From: Rebecca billardiae RCC1528 | Lineage: Eukaryota; Protista; Haptophyta | Assembly: GCA_965240325.2 (NCBI GenBank) | Contig: OZ251244.1 | Location: 868,001-932,000 of the forward strand | Reading direction: 5' to 3' | DNA: 64,000 bases | Part shown: positions 48,089 to 58,408 of the stretch, piece by piece | Numbering within the stretch: position 1 is the first letter of the stretch | Layout of the letters: each line of letters opens with the position of its first letter | The notes under the pieces: generated by a model | Seen by the model: the letters and a program-made list of their open reading frames with translations, nothing else | What the model was told of the DNA's origin: nothing | The model's database searches: none | Translations under genes and position numbers: made by a program

Positions 48089-50572
48089 ATGCTGCGGCCG
48101 CGCTCTGTGCGCCGCCTGGAGGCCGATTTCGCGAGTGAAGCGAAGGCGCTCAGCCCCACCGTGTCGAGCTCGCTACCCGAGGGCAAGGAGAACGCCTCGG
48201 CCACGCCGCGCACGCCGCGCGCCGCCTCACCGTGGGGCGCGTGCGAGCCGGAGCGCACGCCGCTCAGCGCGGCAAGCCACGTGGCCGCGCCGAGCGCGAG
48301 CGGGCTGCGCCCGCCGCCGAACACGGTGGAGACGCGTGCGCCACGCCCGATCGAGCCTGCGCGTACGGCCACGCCCGCGCCCTTCTTCCCGCCCCCGCCC
48401 ATCGAGCCGCCGCCGAGCGCGGCGTCGACCTCGTCTGTGCCGTCCGCGCCGCACGCTGCGCCCGCCGCTTCGGGCGTCGCCCCCAGCGTGGCGCTCGCGC
48501 CGATGTCGGCGGCATCGCGCGCGGCAGCGGCGCACACGCTCTCGGCGAGCCTCGGGCGCATGGAGGACTGCATCCGCTCCTTCGCCTCCGCCGACAGCCC
48601 CGTCGAGCCGCCAGCGGCTCTGCCGGCGCGAGCGGTCGGCGGCGCGATCGGCGTGCGGCCGCGGCGCAGCAGCGCGCTGGCCGCGCCGGCGCAGCCGGCG
48701 CAGCCGGCGCGCTACGACGCGCGCAAGCACATCGTCGGCGTGCTCAGCCCCAGCTCGCGCGGACGCTCCTCCTCCGGCGGCACGGTCAGCCCACGGCACG
48801 AGCCTGACGGTGCGGAGCAGCTCGACTCTGCGCACGCGCGCGCGGCCAAGTCGCTCGCGCGCAGCGGCTGGGGCGGCGGGGCGGACGCGCGCGGCGACGG
48901 GGCGGCGGACGGCCCGACGATGCGTACGGAGCGGCTCGCCGCCGCCGGTGGCAGCCCCGCGCGCGCCTGGGACGTGTGCGCGGACGCGGACGCGCTCGAT
49001 GCCGCCGCCGCCGCCAAGCTCGATGCCGACGATGCGTCGACGGCGGCGCTGGTGCCCACGCTGCTCGGTGACGGCGCGCACGCGGTGGCTCTGGAGGGGT
49101 GGGTGACCAAGCTCTCCGACCACCTCCACCTGCCGCGCCGGCGCTGGCTCGTCGTGACCGAGGGCTGGGTGTGTGCGTACGAGGCGGCGCACGGCTACCT
49201 GCTGCCACGCAGCCGCGGCGCGGACGGGCGCGCGGCCGCGGGGCGCGCGGCCGAGGGCCTCGCGCCGATGGGTGGACGGCCGACGATGGCATTGGCGCTG
49301 CGCGACGTGGCGGCGCTGCCGCTGCCGCACACGCCCACCGACTTTGTCCTCCTCCCGCTCGAGGGCCCGCGCAAGGTCATCCGCGCCGGTGCGGTGCTCC
49401 GCGCGCCGCGCCCGCCGCGCCGCGCCGCGCCGCCGCTCAGCCGCGCCGCCCTCGCGCCCTCGCGGCACGCGCGCCCGCGCCGCGCCGCACAGGCGATGCG
49501 CACGAGCGCGACCTGTGGCTGCTCGCCATCCGGCAGGGCGCGTGCGCCGCGGTGAGCGCGCCGCTCGTCTTTGCGCCGCCCGTGCTCGCGCCGTGCGCGG
49601 CCGACGCGGCCGGCGCCGCGCCGGCCGCGGCCTCGCCGCGCGCCGGGGACGGGAGCGCGGCCGTGCTGGTGCGGCGCGCGCTGCTGCCGACGCCTGTGGG
49701 CCACGTGCACGTGGTCAGCATGCACGCGCTGCCCGGCGCGGGCACGGACGACGGCTCCGAGCTGAGCGACGCGTGCAGCGTCGAGCCCGCGCCGTGCGTG
49801 CCGCCCATCGTGTGCGTGCACGCGGCCGGCGGCAGCGCGGCCTCGTTTGGCGCGCTCGGCGCGCACCTCGCAGAGCTCGCCGCGCGCCGAGGCACGGCAC
49901 GGTGCGCGCGGCCGCGCGCGCGCGCGCGCGCGCGCGAGAAGCGAGACCGCGCCGACCCCCCCCACCCCCCGCGTGCGCGAGGGTCGCGCGCCTACTCACG
50001 CGCGCGGCGTGCGCGCGTGCGTGCGCAGCCGCATCGTCGCCGTCGACCTGCCCGGCTGCGGCCACTCGGACGCGCCGCCGCCGCCGCCCGCGCGCGAGTC
50101 GCTCCTGGCGGGCGGGATTGCGCGCCGCCCCTCCGCCACGAGTGTGGCGCTGCAGTGCGCGCTCGACGCACTCGCCTCGTCGCGCGAGCGGCCCGCGCGC
50201 CGCCGGCCGGCGCGCGCGATGCTGCTCGCGCGCGGCTTCTCGGGCGCGCTCGGGGCTCTCTCGCTCGCCGCGGCGCAGCCCGAGCGCGTCTGCGCGCTCG
50301 TCCTCGCGCAGTGCCGCGCGCCGCGCGGCTCGGCGCCGCTGCTTCGCGCGCTCGCGGCCTCGGTCGTCTGCCCGGTGCTGCTGCTCGACGTGGGCGGGCC
50401 GGGTGGCGCGGAGGAGGGCCTGGGCGCGGAGGAGGCCGAGGCGCTGCGCTCGTTCGGCTACTGCAGGCGGGTGCACGTCGCGCGCGGTGGCGACCCCGTG
50501 GCTGCGCGTGACGCGTGGGTGCACGCGGTGCTCGCGCACGCAGAGGCGCACGCGCGGCCCACGCCGGCGTGA
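48089..50572 (+). CDS. PH domain plus alpha/beta-hydrolase-fold protein (~750 aa); exons 48089-49388, 49493-49901, 50029-50572
   Basis: LEGWVTKL..RRRWLVV..KVIRAGDAHERDLWLLAIR (PH). LPTPVGHVHV..PIVCVHAAGGSAASF..RIVAVDLPGCGHSD..PERVCALVL..CPVLLL (hydrolase). Confidence 0.75.
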
Positions 50573-51237
50573 TCCGACCGGATACGAGCCGCGCGCCGCC
50601 CTCGCCCGCTGCGGCCTGGTTGATTCACCGGGCGCGCGGCGGGCGCTGCGGCGAGGGCCTCCGCTTCAGCGACTTGCACGAGTGACTTGCCGCCACGGAC
50701 TTGCCACTCGCCGCGTGCGTTCGGAGCCGGACGCGGGCGGCCAGGGTGCCAACGGCCAGGGCATGGTGGGCATGCCGCCAATCGGTGGACGTAAGATACC
50801 GCTCCATTACTGAACCCCAACATCCGCGAGAACGGCCGTATCATAAACGATTTCGTCATCTGCCTTGCCGAGACAACATTAATCACGGTGTTGTACTCCG
50901 GATGAGCGGTTGATGCACCAGATTGATGACTTGAGCGGCTTCTGCCATAGGTCCAAAGAGTGAAGATGCCAGGTTGACAAAGTACTGTAGAATTTGGCGG
51001 TTGTGTTGATGGGCGCCTAGGAATGCGGGGTGATCAGCATTCATCACCATCAGCTTTCGCGAAGGCACCCTGGGTACTTGACTAATTGCGGTACCGCAGA
51101 GAGGCGGGGATTCCACCAGGTGATGGTGTTTAAGCCTCCCTGAATGTGCGTGATTCGCGCGCGCTGTGCTATCATTTCGGAGAGCCGCGCCCAAGGCCGT
51201 GAGCCCGGCCCCAGAGCGAGGGCGCACGCCGGGCACC

Positions 51238-54200
51238 ATGTCTGGCAGCCATTCGCCGAAGCTCGGAGCGATACGCCGGCTGGGCGGCGGCGGCTCGAGA
51301 GGCGGTGCTCAGAGCGAGCCCGAGTGCGAGCTCATCATCGTGACCGATCCCGGTGCGTCGCGCGCGCGCAGCGTCGCGCGCCGGACGGCCCTGTGCTAAC
51401 GCGCCTCGGCCGTGCATCGGCGCGCGCGCGCGTCCGCGCCTGCGTGGACGGCAGGCCCTGATCCGGACGACGTGAAGGTGCGTGCCGTCCGAAGCCCGAT
51501 CGCGCACGCCGGCCGGCGCACGCCCCGCGCATCGCCGGTCACCCGCGTCGCGCTCACAGCGAAACGCGCGCCCGCGCGTCGCCGCGCGTCGCCTTGCGCT
51601 GGTGGTGGCCGTGGCGGGTGGCAGGCGGTGCTGATCGCGGGCGTGCTCCACACGCACGGTGAGATTGTGCTGCGCGGCGTCGTCGCGAACGGCGGCGGCG
51701 TGCCGCGCGAGCGCGCGCGCCTGGCGCGCGCGCTGCTCGACCACCTCGGCGCGCACGACGTGCCCGTGGGCGTGGGCAGCGCGGGCGAGCCGTGCGCGGC
51801 GCAGCCGCACGAGCTGCGGCTCGCGGGCGTGTCGGAGGTGCCCGACTCGGCGCTCGTGGACGGCCACGAGCTGCTCACGGGCGCGCTGCGCGGCGCGCGC
51901 CCGCGCGGGCTGACGATCCTGATCATCTCGTCCCTGCGCGACGTGGCGGACGTGCTGCGCGCACAGCCCGAGCTCTTCGAGTCGCGCACGCGCGAGGTGG
52001 CGGTGATGGGCGGGCTCGTGCGCGCGGAGGGCGGCGGCTGGGCGCCCGACACGTCGGTGAACAACTCGTTCGACATGGCCGCCGCCGCCGACGTGTACGC
52101 CTTCTGCCTCGGCCGCGCCGTGCCGCTCACTGTCGTCTCGAGACACGCGGTGCCGATGCTGCCGATGCAGCTCGCCAAGAGCTTCGCCGTGCGCACCAAG
52201 TGCCCGGTGATGCACTACCTGGCGGACGCGCAGTTCCTCGGGCTGGGCGGGCTGTGGCAGCGGCTGTGCGCGGGCGAGCTCCCCGCGCGCTGCACCAAGC
52301 AGTGGTACTTCGAGACCTTCTGCGGCGTGGACGCGGAGCGGTTTGGCGAGCGCGCGTTTGAGCAGCTGGACGCGCACGCGGACATCACGGCGCACCTCAA
52401 CGGGTACGTGAAGCCGTACGACGTGATCGCGCTGATGAGCGTGCTGCCGCACACGCGCGCGCTCTTCGACGAGCTGATGCCGTGGAGCGCGGACGGCGCG
52501 CCCTCCGCCGAGCACGGCGCCGGCGGCGGCGCCGGCTCCGCGCCCGGCTCGGCGCGCGGCTCGCCCGCGTCCGCGCGCGCGCCGCCGCGCGGCCACCGGC
52601 TGCTGCTCTCGGCCGAGCACGCGGTCGACGCGCGGCACGTGGCCAAGCTGCTGCGGAACACGTACCACGAGGTCGTGCTCGCCACGCAGGGCCACGACGT
52701 CGAGCCGCCCGCCTCGCCCGAGATGCCCGTGTCGCTGCGCGCCACCCTCACGCGCAACTCGAGAGAGTCGCTCAACTCGTCTGGCGCCTTCTCGCCGCAC
52801 GCGGGACTGCGCCGCGCGGCGGGCGGCGGTGGCGTGGGCTCGCCGGGCGGCGGCGGGTGCGGCATGACGACGGTGCGCTCGACGCCCGCGCGGCTCAACA
52901 TGCTCGACCGGCTCCCCTCCGGCGGCGGCGTGCTCGCCTCGCCGCTCCGGCTCTCGCGGGGCTCGTCGTCCTCGGGCATGCCGCCGCCCGAGCACGGCGG
53001 CGGCGGCGGCGGCGGCGCCGGCCCCAATAGCCGGCTGCGCGGCCAGCTCTCGGAGTCGGCGGGGGACGCGCTCGCCGCGCCGCTTGTGCTGCACGCGGCG
53101 TCGGACGAGGCGGGCGGGCACGAGGCCGGCGCCGGCGCCACCGCCGCCGCGGCGGAGGAGGCGGCGATCCAGGCGGCGGCCGCCGCGGCCGCGGCCGCGA
53201 CCGACGCGGCCGCGTGCGGCTGCGGACCCGCCGCCGCCGCCTCGCCGCTCGCAAAGGGCGGCAGCTTCCGCGGCCGGCGGCACAGCGGGCTGCTGCCGGC
53301 GCTCGAAGCGCACCCGCGCGCGCTGCCGCCCATCGCGAGCAGCGCCGGCTCGCCGCTCGCCGCGCCGCACCACCACGCGCAGCGCCTGCGTGCACGCGCC
53401 GCCGGCGACGCGCCCGCCGCGCCCGCCGCGCCCGCCGCGGCGTGCGCGTGCGCGTGTGCGTCGGCGCTGTCCTCGTCCCCCGCCTCGCGCGCGCCCGACG
53501 CGCCCGACTCGTTGGCGGAGGCGGCGTCGCGCCCGCCGCGCACGCCGCCCACGCCGAAGGGGCGCGCGAGTGGCCTCACCAGCTCCGCCGCCGCCGCCGC
53601 CGCCGCCGCCTCGGCCGCCGCCGATGGTCCGCGCGCCGAGCGCTGGGCGCCGCTCGAGCTGCTCACCGTGCGCCACCCCGCGCGCACGGACGCGCGCGCG
53701 CGCGCGCACGCGCCCGCGGCGGCGGAGGAGGCGCCGAGCGCGCTGGCGCGCGCGGCGCGCGCGCTGGTCGGCGCGCCGCCGGCCTGCACCGCGCTCGACA
53801 TGCTCGGCGCGCGCCGCGGCGGCACGCTGCCGCCGTCCGCGCTCGCGTGCGCGCTGGACGCGGCGCTGTCGCAGGCGCGCGCCGCGCAGCACCGCTTCCT
53901 CAGGGGCGCGGGCGCGCTCGGCGGCGCGCTCACGCTGGGCGCGCACGTGGGCGCGGCGGTCGCGGCGCTGGGCGGCGGCGCGGACGGCGCGTGCGGCGCG
54001 CGCTGGCTCGCGCTCGGCGGCCCGGACGCGCTGCGCGTGCACGCGCACGGCGCGCACGCGCTCGGCGCGCTCGACTCCGCCGCGCTGTGCGCGAGCGCGG
54101 GCGCGCTGTGCGCCGCGCTCGCGCTGCAGCCGACCGTGGCGAACCTCGGGCTGATCCGCGTGGTGTGCGCGCTGCTCTGCGCGCTCGTGGGCGCGCACCT

Positions 54201-55731
54201 GCTCGGGCTCGGCGTGGGCGTGTACGTGGGCCTCGCGCCCGAGTGCGGGCTGGTGCGCTCCGCGTGGTGGCCGCTGCTCGCGCTCAGCGCACAGGGCTGC
54301 GCGCACGCGTGCGCGCTGCTGTGGCTGTGCGCGTGCGCGCCGCGCCACTGGCTTCGGCCGCGGCTGCTCGCGCGGCGCACGGTGCAGGCGATGGGCGGGC
54401 TCGTGCTCTGCTCGAGCGGCTCCGTGCTGCTCGCGCGCGCGGCCGCGCCGCTGTCCGGTCGCGCGGCAGCACCGGGCGCGTGGGCCTCGGCCTCGCTCGG
54501 CTGCGCGAGCGCTGGCTCCCTGCTCGCGGCGCTGCTGCTGCTCTCGCCCTCGGCGCGCGCGCGCGTGCGCGCGAAGCTCGCGCGCGCGCTCGGCGGGCGC
54601 GGCGGGCCGCTCGCGCCGCTCGCGCCGCTGATCGGCTTCGGCACGGTGCACGAGGCGGACGTGGACGCGTTCGTGGGCCTCGCGGCCGAGACGTTCCATC
54701 CGCGCGCGCTCGACGGCGCGACCGCCGACAGCCTGCTGCCCGCGCGCGGCGGCGGCGCGGACGGCGCGGCCGAGGCGGAGGCCGAGGCGGAGGCTCGCGC
54801 GCGAGGCGGCGCGGCGCACGGCGCCGGCGCCGCGGAGAAGGGCGCCGGCGCCGCCGGCGCCGGCGGCGTGCGCGGGCGCGCGGGCGCGACGGTCACGCCG
54901 TGGCCGCGCGCGCCGCACGGCGCGACGGGTACGGCGCCCACGGAGCCGGCCGGCGGCGGCGGCGGCGGCGCGGCCGCGCCGCTCGCGGGCGGTGGCGCGT
55001 GGCGTGCGCGCGCCGCCGACTACTACGTGCTGCACTGCGAGCAGGACAGCGCGCACGACCGCGCGGCCGCGCTCCGCGCGTGGGGTGCGCGGCAGGTTGG
55101 CGCGCCGCCCGTGGTGTGGCTCGATACCGCGTGCGCCGACCCCGCCCTGCGCGCGCACGAGGCGCTGCACCTGCGCATCGGCTACATGGCGCAGTGCCGA
55201 CGGCTGCTGCTGCTCGCGGGGCCGTGCGCGCCCGACAGCCTGCGCGTCGCGGTCGAGCTCTTCGTCTGGCTCGCGCTCGGCGGGCGCATGCAGGACGTGG
55301 AGGTGGTGCTGGTCGCGCACGACGAGCAAGAGCGGCAGCGCGTCCTCGCCGGCTTCGACATCTTCCACGTGATGCTCGGCCGCTCCAGCTGCCCGGAGGA
55401 GCGCGAGCGGCTCGTGCGCGCGGTCGAGCTCGCGACGGTCGGCCGCTTCAACGAGCTCGTGCGCTCCTTCGTGCCGCTCGTGCGCGCGGCCGTGCAGAGC
55501 GCCGACGACGCGGCGGGCGTGGGCGCGCTCGCCGAGGCCAAGCGCCATCCGCCCGCTGGCGCGCTGCCCGTGCCCGCCGAGGCCGCGGCGCCGCACCGCA
55601 CCGCGCGCTCGCCGCACCGCATCAGCACCCCGCCGCCGGCGGGCGAGCCGGTGCCGCCTGCGCCGCGCACGCCGGCCGGCGCCGACCGGGCCGATCCGGC
55701 GTCGTGCGCCGCGCCGCGGCTCGACCTCTGA
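51238..55731 (+). CDS. XopQ/HopQ1-like nucleoside-hydrolase-fold domain + low-complexity linker + TM bundle + C-terminal TIR-like domain (~1414 aa); exons 51238-51352, 51455-51477, 51625-55731
   Basis: Spliced IIVTDPGPDPDDVKAV; RERARLARALLDHLG; VAVMGG..PDTSVNNSFDMAAA; QFLGLGGLW; WYFETF; YDVIALM. C-terminal ADYYVLH..VWLDTAC..CRRLLLLAGP..AVELFVW..ERERLVRAVE..FNELVR. Confidence 0.78.
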
Positions 55732-56199
55732 GTCTGACGACGGAGCCCTCGACGACGACGACTCTACTACTACCATCACGATGATGCATGCTGCGCTGTC
55801 ATACGGTAGTGTGAAAGCGTAGTACTGTATGTAGGTCTACTACTACGTAGGCGATGATCGTGCATCAGTCGTCCGTCGTGGAGACTCGCGTATGTTACGT
55901 CATCATTCTGCTGATCTTGATGAGCGCAGCGAACGCACGGCTGCGCCGCCATCGTGAATGTGTCGGGGCGGAGGCGCTCCACAATGACACTTTCGAGCAA
56001 CACTGACGAAGTCCTGAACCCACCCCGACCGGCCACCGCGCTGGCGAGGCGATCGAACGCCAGCCCCGAGCTGCACCCCTCGCCGCGCGCACGAGTGCGT
56101 GCGAGGAGGGCCTCCATCAGAGCTCTCAGACCGTCAACGCGTCGCTGCCGCCACGACCATCACGTCGACTGGTGCAAGTGATGACGATTTGAAGACGAC

Positions 56200-57450
56200 A
56201 TGCCCGTCGGCCGTGATGGCGCTACGGTGGCGGCCGTCGCCGCGATCGCGATCGCGACGGCGCACTCGGCGCTGACCGCGCCCGCGTTTTCGCCGGCCGC
56301 CTTTTGTGCGCCCTGGCACGAGCGACCGGCGTGCTCGGCGCAATCGTCCGACGCGGCCGAGGCGGCACTGCCGCGCTTCGACGAGCGCTTGCAGCAGCTG
56401 CTGCGCAGGGCGGACGTCGGTGCAGCCCTCGACGACGCGCGAGTCGCGGCACGCGAGTGGGCATCCCGATCGGCCGGGCTCGCGAGCAACCGCACCCTGC
56501 ACGCCGTCCCGGCCGACGGATGGCCGACGCGCACCTACACGCCGCCTGCCGTTGTGCGGCTGCGCGGCCAGCCCCTCTTGCCACGCCGCGCGCCCCCCGC
56601 GCGCACGCCGGGTGTACTGACAGGCGCCATGTGCCACGCGCTCGTCACCGAGCCCCTCAGCCCGCTCGCCCTGTTCGGACGGCGCCGGCCGCACGCCAAC
56701 CTGAAGGCAACCGAACGCGAGTGCGTGCCAGATACCGCGGCCGGCGCGACTGCGTGGGCACGCGCACTGCTCGACGGCGCGAGCCGCGGCCGCGCTGGCT
56801 CCGCGGGTGGCGGGGTGTGCGACCGCAACTGGGTGCGCGCGCTGCCCACGTGCGGCGGCGCGGCCGACCGCCCGAGCTTTGGCGGCTCCGGCAGCGCGCC
56901 GATGCTGCTCGGCTTCGAGGCGGACTCGCGTGCGCTGTGCTACGCGGCCGCCGGCCTCCAACCGCCGCCGGCCACGGGGCCCGCGCGGCCGCTCGCAAAT
57001 GGCACGTGCCCCGTGAAGCACGGGATCGAGTGCTTGCGCGCGGGCTTGCACGTGCTCAACGTGGCGAGGGGTGCGTACTCCATGTGCCGGAACCTCGAGT
57101 TCCTGGTGTGCGGCCTTGCTGGCGCGCTGCCTGGCCAGAAAGGCGAGGCCAACGTCGTCTTCTCCACCGCGCCCGCGCACATCGCGCTCGCCGACACGCT
57201 CGATGCGCCAGAGGACGAGCTCCTCGTCTCGCTCGAGCAGATCACGGCCTTTGAGGTCTGCATTGCGCACGCGCTCTGCCGCAATGGCCACGAGCTCTTT
57301 GGCGAGCCGCCACAGGCACTGCGTGCACCCGGCTCCGCACGCGCCGCCGTCAGCGCAGGCGAGCGCTGGCAGTGCGAGCTGGACGAGGCCGCCTTCTGGC
57401 GGCTGCCCTTCCTGCGCCGGCGCATGGCAAGCGCCACTGGAGAGGCCTAG
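56200..57450 (+). CDS. Putative secreted Cys-containing hypothetical protein (416 aa)
   Basis: Hydrophobic N-terminus. CDRNW, LLGFE, CLRAGLHVL, YSMCRNLEFLVC..LPGQ, FEVC...CRNGHELF, WQCELD form a coherent Cys pattern resembling alga-specific families. Confidence 0.6.
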   Translation: MPVGRDGATVAAVAAIAIATAHSALTAPAFSPAAFCAPWHERPACSAQSSDAAEAALPRFDERLQQLLRRADVGAALDDARVAAREWASRSAGLASNRTLHAVPADGWPTRTYTPPAVVRLRGQPLLPRRAPPARTPGVLTGAMCHALVTEPLSPLALFGRRRPHANLKATERECVPDTAAGATAWARALLDGASRGRAGSAGGGVCDRNWVRALPTCGGAADRPSFGGSGSAPMLLGFEADSRALCYAAAGLQPPPATGPARPLANGTCPVKHGIECLRAGLHVLNVARGAYSMCRNLEFLVCGLAGALPGQKGEANVVFSTAPAHIALADTLDAPEDELLVSLEQITAFEVCIAHALCRNGHELFGEPPQALRAPGSARAAVSAGERWQCELDEAAFWRLPFLRRRMASATGEA

Positions 57451-58408
57451 TGCCGTCGCCCGGCGTTATCGGCGCAGTTGGGGGCGCATGCCTGTCGCAG
57501 TCGCGCTCCGCGCTGCCCGCTAGGTGTAGATATTGAATATGTGTACACGCAGCTCGACGCCAGGGCCCAGCCGATGATTATCGATGCCAAATAAAGCAGC
57601 TGCTGGCCGTCCGGCTGCGCGGCTCAAGGATGCGACGAGCGCGAGCGCAGCCGAGGGACCCACCCGGAGACGCGAGCTGGGCACCAGCTGAGGGGCGAGA
57701 GCCGAAGGAGGCGCCTGGCGCACAGCTTGCGTGCCGCCGACATCCAGCTCGCTGCCGTCGAGAAGCGAGGTGCTCGGACGGTGCGCGCCAGGGAGCAACG
57801 TCTCCATGCCGAGGGGCGGACGCCGGGGCTGCCAGGGAAGGATGACCCGTTGATGAGCTCACCCGCGGGGAATATCCGCCAGCAACTTCCTCGAATTTGC
57901 TCACGGATGAGGCGGCGGCGAAGCGGGTAAGTTCGGGTGCAGCGGGCCAGAGGCCCCACGGCGAGCCCCACCGTCATGCAGCTCGTACACACTCTAGGAC
58001 TCCCGCAGCGTCGAGGAGGGCTGCATCTGAGCCACGTGGCAGCAACGCACTCGCGCCCGTGCCGCGTGCGCTTTGCTGTGCGCAGGCGGCATGGCATCGC
58101 CGGCGATGACGCGCGCGCACTTAAACGCCGTCTACCGGCCCGCTACTCTTTCACAGCGACTGCTGCGGCGTTCGTAGCGCAGCGGTCTAACGCCGCGCTA
58201 TCTTATCAAGCACGTGTAACGATCAAGCACGTGTAACGTCGAGAAACCATCCGCTATTCAATAATAAGCTGACATTGTTGCTAGCAAGGCCTGATGCGTT
58301 TCCCGTTCCCGGTATGGTACTGCGCGCTGTGCAAGCCGAATCATTTTCGGCGGCCACGACCGACCACTCAGGTCGCACAACCGGCGGGCGCCATATGCTG
58401 CGTGAGTG

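Noticed and set aside
58205-58238. 17-bp tandem duplication ATCAAGCACGTGTAACG containing G-boxes
   Set aside because: It lies between convergent gene ends, so a regulatory role is unsupported.
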